64,000 bases of DNA from Chrysomallon squamiferum (Eukaryota; Animalia; Mollusca), in assembly GCA_012295275.1 (NCBI GenBank), contig CM022677.1:26722001-26786000 (forward strand), in the 5' to 3' direction. Shown piece after piece: positions 1-56,882 of this stretch. The notes under the pieces were generated by a model. That model was not told where the DNA came from and did no database searches. It saw only the letters and a list, made by a program, of their open reading frames with translations. The translations under genes were made by a program, and so were the position numbers. Numbering within the stretch: the first letter of the stretch is position 1; each line of letters begins with the position of its first letter.

Positions 1-7
1 TTCTTCA

Positions 8-38
<31 letters not shown>

Positions 39-351
39 CTTCTTCTTCTTCTTCTTCTTCTTTTTGCAGTAGACTAAGAAAGCTTGCGTGAACGAATCAG
101 AAAATAAACAATCAGTGGTAAGATGTCATCCTTTTCAAGCTCGGTACTGTACTGTTAAATACTGATTGAGAAGAAAACAGATTTCGTCAGACATCAACGT
201 TCATACGTACATGTAACGTAGTGTGACGTCATGTTCATGGATGTACGTTAATAACCCCCAAAACACCTCATCAACACCATAATAATAATTATAATCAGCT
301 TTATATATATAAAACTATTGGAATAATGAAAGAGAGTAAGATTCAGATAGA

Positions 352-366
352 AACTTCAGCCTGTCC

Positions 367-430
<64 letters not shown>

Positions 431-445
431 GGACAGGCTGAAGTT
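352..445. repeat. Perfect 94-bp palindrome: 19-bp arms around (TA)28
   Basis: aacttcagcctgtccgaga (352-370) and its exact reverse complement tctcggacaggctgaagtt (427-445) flank a self-complementary TA run. Confidence 0.9.
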
Positions 446-735
446 AATCAGTATAATCAGGTGATACACATTTTATCAGAAATATACTTCACCAATTCAT
501 ACAAATTACCTGAAACGTGCAGAATGGTATTGACAAGGTTGCTATTTGACTGAAAGAGTAATTCTAAACATGTTACTGACAATTCTTTAGATCAGATTAG
601 TCAAGTCTGTCGAGCACAATAAAGTTTTGACAGCCCTGCCAGGACGAAAATGGGATTAGCTGGAAAAGCAATGCTTGATTCAGGCTGCTGTAGGTGTAAA
701 TATCTTAGTGAACGGTGTTCTCTCTCGCTAGCAAA

Positions 736-2190
736 ATGAATCTAGAGGAGACGCTCAGGCTGTACACGAGTTATGGAGAGAATAAGTGTTTCTTGATACT
801 TAAGGACTAACACATTAAGACTGTTAGCAAGTAGCTGGAAGCCACCCAGACACCCACGAAATCACCGCGTCAGTTTTAGACGGAAAGAAGCCAAACCAGG
901 AACATCCACTGTACTTCGCTACCATCGAGGAGACCTTTGACATCATCAAGCACGCCAGCATTGCTACTGGTCATGGAGGACGATACAAGGAGATCAAGGA
1001 AATCATGAAGAAGGATGCTGTTACCTTGTTCAGTCATGTGTCAGAGAAAACGGAAACGGACAACTATCAACGGGACTGTCGTCAAACCAATGTCAAAGAG
1101 TGCAAGTTGACCTCATCGACATGCAGTCTGTGTGCCAAGGTCAACACATATGGGTCATGGTGTATCAAGATCATCTTACCAAGTTCTGCATCCTGTGTCC
1201 TCTCACTTCTAAGCGTGCTTCAGAAGTAGCTTATCAGTTGCTAGTACAAACAGAGTGACAGCGGGTCCGAATTCACAGCGCAAGTTATCACTGGGTTGAA
1301 GCAGATGCGGCCTGACCTCGTCATCGCTCATGGAAAGCCAACACACCTCTAGAGTCAGGATTCAGTGGAATGAGCCAGTTGTGACGTAACAGATATGTTC
1401 ACTGCATGGATGAGTGGAAAATAAGTGACAATGACACATGGTACTGGACTGCTGGACTCAAGTCAGTGCAGTTTCAAAAGAACTGGAGCCATCACACTGG
1501 AATCAGGCATTTCCCTTTGCTGCTGTTTGGTGCTCATGCGAAGATGTGATTGCAAAGATGCAAACTGAAGACAACCTCCTGTCTACAGTATCACACTCAA
1601 CCCAGGCCGAACAGTCCAACGAGGAGGCAGAACCTGTACAGTCTCACCAAGCTCTGTACGTCAGGAGCAAATTAGGCTGCAGAGGTAGAGAGAATGACAG
1701 AGATGCCCAGTTCCAGCAGACAGAGAGAATGGATAAAAGAAGTCGATTTGTATTTTCTACTGTGCAGATCAGAAGCAATATGACAACGTCCATTCCTTCA
1801 GTTGAGCGAGAACGTGCAGATCCTAGGAACATCATCGGGAAGCACATATACATTCATACATACAAGCACATATACATTCATACATACAAGCACATATACA
1901 TTCATACATACATCAGAGTGCAGTGACAAGCAGTTGTACACATTTGCTGTAAAAGGAGGAATGTTGGATGGAAAGTACTCTAACAACCAGCTCCATGCTA
2001 CGACCTCGTATTTACCTGATGATGTTTGTACAGAAAAGGATATTTCTCTGCGTCAGGTTATGCAGCTGGAGTGAAGATGCGGTGGACACGTTTTCACAAG
2101 ATGTAACTGTGTAAGAACAGTCAGACAAATCGATGTAAATGCTTCAAAGCCACATTAGTGTGCAGTTCCTGGTGCCATTCCAGCACTTCA
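736..2190 (+). mobile_element. Decayed KRBA2/SCAND3-like (Ginger/GIN-type) DDE integrase transposon remnant
   Basis: Across frameshifts and stops reads ETFDIIKHASIATGHGG, QVDLIDMQS, MVYQDHLTKFCILCPLTSKRASEVAYQL, QSDSGSEFTAQVI, HGKP..SQDSVE, then a C-terminal Cys cluster (RCNC..NRCKCFKATLVCSSWCHSS). These motifs are typical of KRBA2-like rve integrases. Absent from the homologous position of the other palindrome arm. Confidence 0.8.
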
Positions 2191-2314
2191 GCAAAGATTG
2201 CCAGTATATTATTGTTTATAGCATTCTGCACGTTTAATGTAATCTGTATAAATTAGTTAAGTATATTTCAGGTAATATACATAATACTCTGTATTATACA
2301 GATTAACTGTAACA

Positions 2315-2370
<56 letters not shown>

Positions 2371-3248
2371 GCCAGTATTCAAGTGACCTCAACTCAGATA
2401 ACTAATTTGTCATCTTCCTCAAATGATTATTTCTAGAAATGTAATTTTACAAGGATTCTGTCCCTGTTTTCCACAGACGAATAGTGTCAACAGCGATGAT
2501 CTTGTGATCTTTAGCTTGACCTGTTAAATCACTTATGAAAACATATTTTCCTAAACAGTATAAAATGACGAAGATGAAAATGGAAATATCAGTGTCATAG
2601 TCCCTAAGAAACAAAAATCAGCAAAACTGGATGAGATAAAGTATAAAATTATATTTTCTTCCCCGCCATCCTTTTGGAAGATTGATCCACAATTACTGTT
2701 AATTCTGACACACTTCGACAAAAGCATCATTTGTATTACTTACCTGTTGATGTAACAAAAACAGTCAACACAGATTCGTTTAAACAAGTGTATTATTTAT
2801 TTCAAAAAAATCTATTATATTATAAAACAGGGTCATTTTCCCATAAACGTTCTGTTTTCTTCTTTTTCATTTTTCTTATATATTTTATTATTATTCTTTA
2901 TTATCATTTTTTTCTTAATGTTATTTATAAGTTCATTTCCTTCTCTGCATTGTACGTATTATTTAACAAAAGAAAAAACATAGTCTCTAATTTTTCAGAA
3001 CGCAAGGCAAGTATACATTTCTTTCTTTTATGATAATCGTAATAATCTGCTTTATGAAATGTTAATTAGAATTTTAAATATTTCTCACTTTAAAACAGTC
3101 ATCCAAATAGCGCACTCATCATTCTTTATGTATATATATTATTTTTTAATATATGGAAAATGACGTTCTAATTAATTGATATTCAGAAACAAACAATTTT
3201 AAGCAAAAGTATAATTGTATATATTGGCCTTATCCTTAGATAAGATGG

Positions 3249-3461
<213 letters not shown>

Positions 3462-3704
3462 GATTAAATATGTATTTTTCTTTTGTGATCATTGTACTTT
3501 TATTTAGATAATTTTTGTTTTTCTGTGATTATTTTTATCAGCTTCTGTCTCTCGTGTCATCTGTACCGATGCAAATTTGTCCGAAGTGTAAAATCATCTC
3601 TGTCTTCATTTTTCTCGATAATACAAAAAAAAAAAAATAATAATAATAATAAAGAAAAAATAAAGAAAAATCATAATAAAAAATAATAAAGAAAATATAA
3701 AAAT

Positions 3705-3767
<63 letters not shown>

Positions 3768-4156
3768 AAATGACATATTTATTGATAAAATCAAACACAA
3801 AAAGACACTAAAATAAACAGCGAAAGCAAAGAGAAGTTCATACATAATACATACAAGCTGAATACACATGCAGAGAAACCAGACATAACCTACAAACATA
3901 CTCACATACTTAATGCGTACTTATATACAGGTACATCTAAGCGTGGAATTCCTCCATCAATTCCTCTGTCCCTCCCTCCATCCAATATGCACATATACAT
4001 TCATACATACATACATACATACATATATACATACATACATACATACATACATACATACATACATACATACATACATTCTTACCTACATTTAGGCAGACGA
4101 AAAGAAACAGAAATCGTGGATTGATTACTTACCTCAATTTTCCTTTTCATTCTCAT

Positions 4157-12841
<8,685 letters not shown>

Positions 12842-13427
12842 CTCTGATCAGTGATTATTCTGAAAAGAATATATCCGTCATAAATGGTTTATTCATAGCA
12901 AAAATAAAAATAAGAGTCATTCTGTAAGTAGGAGAATTTGTTAATTTAAATTAACTCCATGCTACAAAATATGTGGAGCCAATATGGAATCAGGGTTCAA
13001 AATGTATGTTTTTATTTCTCGATATATTGAACTACCGCCCCACCCCGAAAACACACACCTAAAGTCCACCTAGTTTCTGAAAATGAGGACTATTATAATA
13101 ACAGTTTTACTTTGAAAAAGACTTGTGATATCTCAATTGTTGGAGTTTCAGAATGCTGAGCATGTTTCGTAGGAGAAAAAAAAAAAAAAAAAAAAAGGTC
13201 CATCAACAGGCCGTATAAAAATATTAGTTACAAATTAATTTTTAAACTCTTTTTCGGAAAAACAAAAATCATTCATCATCTAAAACCTGTACTATTATGC
13301 ATAAAATAACAACAAAAAAAAAAAATAATAAAATAAAATAAAATCATTGGTCCATACTACTAAACATTGTAAAGAGGCCTATTAAACGCTGAATGTAAGT
13401 AAGTAAGTAAGTAGATTACTAAATAAA

Positions 13428-13458
<31 letters not shown>

Positions 13459-13588
13459 AGGTTTTACTTTTTTGCTGTTATAATATCATTAAATTACTTT
13501 TTTTTTTTTTTTTTTTTTTCTTTCTTTGTCTTTGGAATACAATTAAATTGTTGTTTAAATTAAAATTCAAACGTTTTGTTAATTATAC

Positions 13589-13879
13589 CTGGATGTTCTA
13601 CTTTTTTGAACTTCTATGTCCTCCATCTGGAAGCAAACGATAATAACGCCGCATCGTAAATAACATTAATTTTTCTGACGTAAAAAGAAATATTACGTCA
13701 TATTTATTTTTGGTATTTAGTCTCGTTGGAACCTTGTTCTGAAATACTCCGAATTATCTCTAGTTCTGTTAACAAGATTTAACCTTTCATTTATTATTAT
13801 TATTATTATTACTACTACTACTACTACTACTACTATTATTTTTTTTTTTTTCGCCAGAGAATCTTATTACGTCATTAAT

Positions 13880-13973
<94 letters not shown>

Positions 13974-14007
13974 CAATTTTTCTGTTCCGTTTTCTCCGTC
14001 CTTTTTA

Positions 14008-14053
<46 letters not shown>

Positions 14054-14242
14054 AAAGTTAAATTTTATTAATTAAATTAGAGATAAGTCGGGGTATTTGA
14101 GAAGAAGGTTCCAAGATACCAAAAATAATTATGACGTAAAAGAAATATTACGTCAAAAGAATTAATATTAGTCACGATGGGGCGTTATTGTCTTTTGCTT
14201 ATAGAAGCGGGAAATAGAAGTTTAGAAAGAAAAAACATGCAG
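13589..14242. promoter_or_regulatory. Putative divergent promoter pair and non-coding first exons of genes A and B
   Basis: Inverted homologous blocks, each ending in CAG|GTATAA (13589 on -, 14242 on +). Each has an AGATAA site and paired TGACGTAA...TTACGTCA CRE-like sites (13676-13700, 14132-14155). Microsatellites lie at the palindrome centre. Confidence 0.55.
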
Positions 14243-14475
14243 GTATAATTAACAGTTCTTCAAAATTTTAATATAAACACATCTTTAATAGCATGGCAAG
14301 TAAACAAGTAATTTTATTAAAATAATATTTGATGATATATTAAAATAAAAAAGTTAAATATATTTATATATTTAGTTATTTAGTTAGTTACTTACTTACA
14401 CTAAGGGTTGTTAATCACAGAATGTTACGGGTCTTCTTCTAATATATAAACATATTTTGTATGTAAGCCTCTAAG

Positions 14476-14546
<71 letters not shown>

Positions 14547-15268
14547 AATAATAGTTGTAGTAGTAGTAGTAATAATAATAATAATAATAATAATAAATCC
14601 AGGCAGGAGCAATACGTTATCCTGAGAGAATAACGATCAACAAGATGTCTCAGTAATCAGGCTAATTGTTCAGTGATATAGTGCAGCAATACGTTACAGT
14701 GTAGGCCGACTGAAACATCCATGTTTCAGATTCAAATACTTATTCGTATTTAAAAAAATGAGGGATTCAAAATCAACTGTTTATGGTTAATATATCCATG
14801 TTTTACCGGCCTGATGGTACTGATATGTTCATGTTCTGTTACAAATGATGACTTCTTTTCTGTAGCATGGACATGAACAATGAAATAGATTTAATTATCA
14901 CTACATAATTCTCTGATTCAGGCCACTGTTTAGTTAGCAATCTGTTTAACATGAATGGTTGCCTTATATTGCAAAATAGATGATCAGCTGAATGATGAGG
15001 GCCCATCTTTTCAGCACAAAACCTATGTTTCCACAGTTGCATGCTATTTGATCTGTGATTAACAGTCGAGATTTTCAAATAGACTTTCAATGCTGTTTGC
15101 ACTAACTGGTTTCTTATTTCCACATTGGTTCCATATATGTTGTAGCGTAGCCTCACTTAAATTTATAAATTAACAACCCCAAGTAACAAAATTACTTTTA
15201 GTTTTGTGTTGTCATTTATACAGAATTCATGACTGATACATTCTTTTCAGAACAAGCTCTGATCAGAG

Positions 15269-23673
<8,405 letters not shown>

Positions 23674-24332
23674 CGGACAAGTAAAACTAGAAAAGAAAAG
23701 GAAGTAAGTAGTCAAGTTTTGTGTTTCTCTGTGTCTCCCTGAACGTTATGTAAGATTGTATGTATAATGCATATATATATATATATGTGTGTGTGTGTTT
23801 TTGTGTGCATGTTTGTGTGTGTGTTTGCGTGTGTGTGTGTACGCATTAAGCATGTATATGTAGGTTATGTCTGGTTGTGTCTGTCTGTATGTTTGGTTTG
23901 GATATTTATTTTTGTGAATGTGTGTTTGTTTTTTTAATGAATATGTATGTATGCATGTATATATGTATGTATGTATGTGTATATATATATATATATATAT
24001 ATACATACATACATATAAATGCTCACACACACGTACATTCCTACATATTATTAATTTTTTTTTAATTTAATTTTAGGACAATGGAGAGAAACAAAGACAA
24101 TGATCATATTACGGGTCGGACAAATTTACGGTTGGCTAGAGAATCGAAAGACAGACGTTGATAAAAATAATTACAGAAAAAACAAAAAACAACGAAGAAT
24201 AAAAAAATAAAAATAATGAAAAAGTGCAGTGATCACAAAAGGAAAAGAATTACAGAAAAATAAAGAATTAAACAGAAATATGTTAAATAAAATAATAATT
24301 AAAACGTAAAAGAAAAAGACATCTTTAATTAT

Positions 24333-24416
<84 letters not shown>

Positions 24417-25989
24417 CAAGGAAAATATCGATAATATATCATTAATGCTGTATTTGGATGACTGTTTTAAAGTCAGAACTATTTAAAAGGTTTCTGTCAC
24501 TGTTCATACAATTATAAATGAAAGAAATGTGTGCTTGGATTTAATTTCCTCCGTTTCTTTCTGAAAAAAGAAGTTTTTCTTTTGTTAAATACGTTGTGCA
24601 ATGCAGAGAAAGAGGGTGACTACGACTAAGACATTCTAATTTCATTTTAACTTCACTTATTTTATATTCGTTTGGAAAATATGTTTTCACACAAGTTCAT
24701 TTGAAGTTCACGTGATTCGCAAAGTCAAAGTAAAGGACACAAGATCATCAATGTTGAAAGTATTGTTGGCCAAAATTGACAAAACTGAGTTAGTATATTT
24801 TGTAAACCGCTTCTTCGATCGTGCTAAAAATATCACGTTCAGTTCACGTTTACAGTCCAGTTTCCAGCCAAATCGGATAGTGTGAGGAATCGTCAGTTGA
24901 GAGATGGAAGAATGTCTGCACTGTTCACAAAACACTGAAATCAGACTGGCGTATTTGGATTAGATCTGAGCTGAAACTTTGAATGGTGTGTTACTGGATG
25001 GACTGATAACTAATAATGCAGTGAGTTTCTGATAGAGGTGTTTTCCTTCAGATGCTCTTTAGATGCTTTTTCTTTCTGGATATATTGAAGATGTTTTGTG
25101 ATACCAAAATACCATTCTTTTCAGTAAATAAGAAATTAACTTCAAGAGTTCAATTACAACTATTCTAGCGCGTGCGCGAGCACACACACACACACACAAA
25201 AAAAAAAAATTAAATAAAAAATGTAAATGTGTGATCTATAATGACAAGGAACTTCCTGACTCCCAAGTGTCAAGTTTAGCTGTCAGATCTGACAAATAGG
25301 ATATGTTTAATGAGTGTTATATTTCCATGTGCTTTGCTTATCATTAGCCACTCTTATCGCATTGCACTCTTCGATGATCATTTTTTACCTAAATCTTACC
25401 CTCTTTCATTATTCGAAGGTTGGAAAATGACAATATTTACTTCTCAAAAACATCTTATATACTACTACAAAGGCTAACAACGAAGTACATATAATGTCGT
25501 AGCCTTTAATTTGAAACACTGGTTTGTTTTAGAAATACAGAATACGTTTTCTGGAAAATTTTCTTCTTATTATTATTTCTTAATCACATTAATGATGCAT
25601 GAATAGCTACGTAAGAAGAAAATGTTTTATTATTATACTTTTAATAACAAACTTTGTGGCAGGTGAGTATGGAGATCTAATAAAAACAAATATAAACGTA
25701 CACCTTATAGCTCTGACGTCACATTACGTATAAACGTTGACGTTTGACGAAATCTGTTTTCATCTGAATCAGTAGACTATATGTAACAGATTATATGTAT
25801 AGTACAGCAACAACCACGAAAGTAGTGCGTTATCGACTTTTATTTTCTAATTACTTCTACTACAAAAAAAAAAAAAAAAAAAAAGAAGATGAAAAAGAAA
25901 AAGAAAAAAGAAAAAAGAAGCATGAAAAGAAATCGTTTTATACTGGGAATTTGATACATTTGATCAGAAATCTTACACTAAATATATTT

Positions 25990-26184
25990 ATGACGCAACA
26001 AATATGGAAAAAAAAAAACTCATTACGTCACAGGGAGTTCTCTTGATTTCGATATGGCGTTATCACCATATTTTAACATTGCTTTGCTTCATTATAAAAC
26101 ACTGAAGAAAAATACTTTGATTCGGAGATATATTTTATTTGTTTAGACCATAAACACAGAAGTCTACAAAGAAAATAAATTCAG
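25990..26184 (+). promoter_or_regulatory. Putative promoter and non-coding first exon of gene C
   Basis: TGACGCAA...TTACGTCA pair, a GGCGTTAT motif shared with A and B, and CAG|GTATAA donor at 26184. Confidence 0.45.
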
Positions 26185-27635
26185 GTATAAATTACTGTTT
26201 CTTTTTCATAGTAACATTAGAATTTAATGTAACCACTTAAAGTTTAAGTATGTTATTTTTGTATTAACAACAAGGATGACTAATTAATTTATTAATTTTA
26301 TGAAAACAGTTCATGAAAATCTTTTAACTAATGAAGATATTTTAACAGTTAACAAATATATTGCCTTTCAATGTTGTCAAATTATCCATAGGGACTTGGC
26401 CGAAAATAATTATTTTTTTAAGTTTTCTAAAAATGTCAGTCTTGAGTAGGTATGCCATAATGCTGCCCGGACGTCAATTTCGTTTAAAAATGTTTTGTGC
26501 TTTGACACGTGTCAGAATTCCCTCGCGTGTCACTGCTGACACGCGTGTCAAACCTCTGCCACCACTGGTATAAAGTGACACTTTCGTGACATAATTTGCA
26601 CTTTCATTAACGCTGTTTTATTGTCATCTGAATAAAATTAACAAGATTAAAAACTATTCGGAAAAGAGGTGTTTCAAAAATCAGTGTTCTGTTCACGAAT
26701 GTTCTTTGTTTTCTTCTTCTTTTTTTTGAAATCTTGATAATATTTTATTTAAGGTACTTTTCTTGATGGATGTAAAATGTATACTACTACTAAAAACCGA
26801 GAATTGAGGACAAAAAAAAAAATGATACTTTCCGCCATTACGGCCTAGACGTGTTCTACAGTCTGGGTGTTCGTTTTCCAATTTTCCACAATAAAACCAT
26901 TTAAATCACTTAATGATAACATCAAAATCTATTGAACTGTTTTCTAACTTCTGGAAATATTGTTTTCATTTTCAGAAAGTTATGATTATTTGATTTGCCA
27001 TACTTGCAGAAAATGTGCCCATTTTCACTATACATTTCACAAAAATGCCTAATTTTTAGAAATCAATTAAAAAAAAAAAATTGTAACTTTTACAATAATT
27101 AACCAGTCATAAACATCTTGGTACCATTTTAAAGGTCTTCCACCTATCAGCATTTTCGAGTGATATAAAACCAGAATTACTTCAGATTTTTTTGACATAC
27201 GGAATAAAATCCTAAAAAAAAATATTTGAAGAGTTACCAGTATAAATACGCAGGATAAATTCAGTAAGTGTTATCTTTATAAAAACCTTAAGAAAGGTAG
27301 ACGTTATGAAATAATACATTGTTTTTCTCCTGTCTCAGCTGATAGATGATTATTCTTGAGAAAGACTTGTCGTTCTTGAATAAATAACTTTTTTTATTTT
27401 ATTATATATATATATATGTTATTCTGCTTTAAAACATATAGTAAATTAGTCTAATCTATTTAGGTTGGACATTTCTGAAATAATAATAATAAAAAAATAA
27501 AAAGAAGAAAAATGAAGAAGAAAAAGTAGAGAGCGCCTCTAGTGGCCGTTAGAATTGCTAATTTAAATAATGTTATTTTTTCTTTGATTTGGTTCATACA
27601 CAGACACAACATACACTCACTCTCTCTCTCTCTCC

Positions 27636-27724
<89 letters not shown>

Positions 27725-27945
27725 TTTCATTTTCTCATTTTCTCACTACAAATTATAGTAAGTTACTTATATTTATTACAACAGCATTCTTGAAGCTAAA
27801 ACCAAAACATCGCTACAACAGCAGCAACAAAACGACGACGTCGACAAAAAATGAATAATAGTAATAATAATAATAATAGTAATAATAGTAATAATAATAA
27901 TAATAATAATAGAATTTTCTTTTCAGAACGTTCACTGTTACAGAA

Positions 27946-38629
<10,684 letters not shown>

Positions 38630-39049
38630 CACCATAAATAATCATAATGAAAAAGATGTGTTCAAATTATTATCATCAAGATCACGATCATGATCATTAT
38701 CGTCATCATCATCATCATTATCATCATGCTGAGTGTTCGACTAAGAGGAGCATCCGTCGACGCAAATTTTGGCAAAATAGTGAAGAGAGTTTTTGGAAAA
38801 GCAAGAAGAAAAAATGTGCTTGTTTAGTGATTTGTTTTTTTGATGAAAATACTCTCTGTTACAAGCTGGTACTCGTCGTTCGGACAAAGCAGTTCCTCTG
38901 AAAGCAAAGACACCTCCCACGTGCCGATGGTGATTAATGTTGCTATTGGTTGTTTTGTTGTTGTTTATTGTCGTTGTATCAGTTTGGCACCATTGGCACA
39001 CCTCATACGTGGGAAGGGTATTTGATCCAGTTTGTCTTTACGGAGATGC

Positions 39050-39660
39050 GATCTAAGGTACGATGAATAGACGGATGGAAGGCCACGTCAAGTAATGACA
39101 CCGTTACCTTACAACACCATGTCAACGTTTTAGAGTACTGAAACAGTGATGTATAGAGAGATTCACATAATGTGACCTGCTAACCTGCAGAGTCAGCATT
39201 CTGAGAGAGATACTGAGAATAACAAATTCACTGGGCTGGAAGTTATCTTCAACAGATCACTTTTGGAGATGAATCCAGACTCTGCTATAACGTCGGCGAA
39301 TACCGGAGATAAAGATAAGCGAACTGTTGTGTCCACGGTGTAAATCGCTGGTAAGTGAAGATATGGGCAGAAAGGACAGACATTCTGTCTTCTGAGTACG
39401 TTGCACCGCCCACCCCTACAGAGACGAGGTCGTTCAAAACAACGTCATGCCCCAGTTAGAAAGAAGCCAACCCTCATTTAGAGATGATAACGCCAGTCCT
39501 CAGACTTCATCATTGTCATCCTCTTCCTTCAGAACGCGTGCAAACCGGCAGAACGATGACTCCGGGTGCAAAAGCGTCATACACTCTTCAGCAACTGGAG
39601 ATAAATTTGGTTCGCTTGTGCCATCAAATATCACGTGACATCTGCTCCGTCAGACGTCGC
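39050..39660 (+). mobile_element. Possible decayed LINE (RTE-like) 3' remnant between genes C and D
   Basis: GC-richer island with fragmentary peptides (ERF.., GLEVI, RRGRSKQRH) resembling the RTE ORF C-terminus. By eye only. Confidence 0.25.
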
Positions 39661-39816
39661 CGGGTTGGCCACACCCGATTTTGATTTTTTTTTTTTTTTT
39701 TTTTTTTACCGTATTATCAGAATTTGTTTGATGCGCACGCACAGTGAATTAAAGGATATTGTCATCTCTCGGACTTTTTGTTTTCATGTTTCAGTCTCCG
39801 AACAGAATTAGCACGA

Positions 39817-40209
39817 TACTTTATCTGACACTTGAGTTAATGCTCAGTGTCCTACACCTGCCAGTATTATTTATAGTCCTGCTCGAATGTCATGTACTTT
39901 ATCTGACACTTGAGTTAATGCTCAGTGTCCTACACCTGCCAGTATTATTTATAGTCCTGCTCGAATGTCATGTACTTTATCTGACACTTGAGTTAATGCT
40001 CAGTGTCCTACACCTGCCAGTATTATTTATAGTCCTGCTCGAATGTCATGTACTTTATCTGACACTTGAGTTAATGCTCAGTGTCCTACACCTGCCAGTA
40101 TTATTTATAGTCCTGCTCGAATGTCATGTACTTTATCTGACACTTGAGTTAATGCTCAGTGTCCTACACCTGCCAGTATTATTTATAGTCCTGCTCGAAT
40201 GTCATGTAC
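39817..40209. repeat. Five identical 78-bp tandem units
   Basis: tactttatctgacacttgagttaatgctcagtgtcctacacctgccagtattatttatagtcctgctcgaatgtcatg repeated with no spacers. Confidence 0.95.
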
Positions 40210-40316
40210 GTTGTAGGTTATTCAAATTCGGTCAGTGGTATTTGTACAATAAAGTATCCATCTTCACAATATGTCTCTGGTGGCTGGACCAGAAATTAGG
40301 CAAGTAACACACCCAC

Positions 40317-40425
<109 letters not shown>

Positions 40426-41056
40426 TATATATATATTATGTATATAGGTATATTGTTAATTTTTATTACGTGATCAGTATAGCTAAAAAGACAGTATAGT
40501 TAATGTGTCTCTGATTAATCTGAAACTGAGAATACAATAGAAACCACATCTACATTTTAATCTATGGAAGAACTTGATCCATTTAATATAGAAATTACAT
40601 GAATGACCACATCTATATTTTGTCTATGGAACAAATTGACACATTAAAAAATGAATCATATGAATTAACTTTATTGATATTTTATGGGACAAACTTATCG
40701 TTAATACAGAAACCATATCAGTAGAGCAATCAAGGTTGATTTATTATGAATGAAGTAATTTATATTTTTTAATGGAACAGTCTCAGCACTAATACAGGAA
40801 CCTGATGAATGTAATGTTCTGTTTGTAGTTTTGTTAATTTTGAGATCTGCTGTTGATACTACATGTAATTAACATTTGGAAGTATCAGTATCAGACAGAT
40901 TTGTCGTATTAACTATTGCTCTATAATAAATACCAAAAATTGAATTACCTTATTTTGCATGTAAATAATTTTCATTTTAATATCAATATTATTATTATTT
41001 ATTTATTTATTTAATTTTTTTTTTTTTTTTAAATGTTTACTTTTAATCTAAAATAT

Positions 41057-41236
41057 ATGAAGAGTATAAACATTTTGGCGACATAATAATAATAATAATA
41101 ATAATAATTATGATGTTGATGACAATGATGATAATAATATTAATAAATAAATAAATAAATAAATAAATAAAAGATTATATAGATTGTGAAAGACTACGCC
41201 ATAGCGTTATATGAAGAGTATAAACATTTTGGCGAC

Positions 41237-41268
<32 letters not shown>

Positions 41269-41367
41269 TATGATGTTGATGACAATGATGATAATAATAT
41301 TAATAAATAAATAAATAAATAAATAAATAAAAGATTATATAGATTGTGAAAGACTACGCCATAGCGT
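41057..41367. repeat. Direct tandem duplication of ~155 bp
   Basis: atgaagagtataaacattttggcgac...gactacgccatagcgt occurs twice, differing only in (aat)n length. Confidence 0.9.
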
Positions 41368-42709
41368 GCTCGCTAACATAAAAATATTGACCCTAATACT
41401 ATAGTTATAAAACGTTCCATCGCTTAAATTACATAAAAACATCGATACAAAACATAATATTATTTTTAATATTTTATTAACATTACCTTTTGTTATCATT
41501 TGTCTTAATTAGAAGTATTACTATGATTCGCATTTCTCCATAAAGGGTAAATGATTTCAAGTAAAATAAAATACAGTAGTGATACCACTCTGGATGTCTG
41601 TCATGTTCTATCAGAATGATCGACTAAGGTAAACAAAGGAGAGTTATGTCCCTTTATCATTACAGCTTGCATCGCCAATTATATTTAACTTTTTGGTGTG
41701 TTTTTTTTGCTTCCTTTTTTATGTGCAGCATATTGTTATTACTACACTTGTTTTTGTTTTCATATCGCATAATAATACTGTCGTTATTTAAATGGAATCA
41801 ATATAACTGAATAATAAATACGAACAAAATTTAATTAGATTTTTCTGCCATTTTTGGAATTCTATCCATAAATAATATTTATTATGATAATATTATGATA
41901 ATATTTAGTTATTTTTGTATTATTATTTATTATTTTTAAAATTATTTGATTATTATTATATCAGTATTATTATTTTTAAAATTATTTATTAAATTTATTT
42001 ATTATTACTGCTATTAAACTTTAAACAAACCTTATGACGTAAATGAAATAACAAAATCTCGTGAGTTCACGTTTGTACTGAGAAATAAACGTCCATCTCG
42101 GAAGTAATTTATTTTTCATATTAGATAAGTTGTATCGTCAACGCGTACTTTAAAACAATAACTGCTGATGTTTACTAGATATATCTGTTTTATTCCAATA
42201 ATCAGGTATGTTTTATTTTTAATATTACATAATTAGGTAATTACTTTAGAAATGGTCAACAAATAGTTGAAATACTAAATCAATAATTTATATTCCTGTC
42301 TTTCATTATTATTTATTATTTATAATAATTAATTACTACATAAACACTAGAAAACAGGACAGAATCAGAAGACAGCTCATGTAGAAACATAAACAGTATA
42401 TTGTGAATTCAGATCCAGTGGGTGGGAACCATTTAGAATCCTCCACTTTTTGTCATCTTTATAATTGCAGTCTCTTTACAATATATATTATAATTACAAT
42501 GCATGTTTATACTGACATTAATTTGATCTGTTCAGAAATAAATGTTTTGATGATGATGATGATGTCTGTATGTGTTTATATATGTGTTTGTATGTATGTA
42601 CGTATGTATGTATATGTATGTATATATGTTTATATTTATATATATAGACACACCCAAACAGAGACACAGACACACTAACATATATATATATATATATATA
42701 TGGTTTCAG

Positions 42710-56775
<14,066 letters not shown>

Positions 56776-56778
56776 GAA

Positions 56779-56882
<104 letters not shown>

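Noticed and set aside
14595-15160. GC-richer insert in gene B intron 1 with a 105-aa minus-strand ORF
   Set aside because: Probably a decayed retroelement piece, but no motif is convincing enough to call.
26490-26570. Clustered tgacac(gc)gtgtca palindromes ending in ccaccactg
   Set aside because: Looks like one end of a hAT-type MITE, but no matching second terminus was found.
39817-40209. CRISPR-like array or 182-aa repeat protein
   Set aside because: Units are contiguous with no unique spacers, there are no cas genes and the DNA is eukaryotic; the ORF arises because 78 is a multiple of 3.
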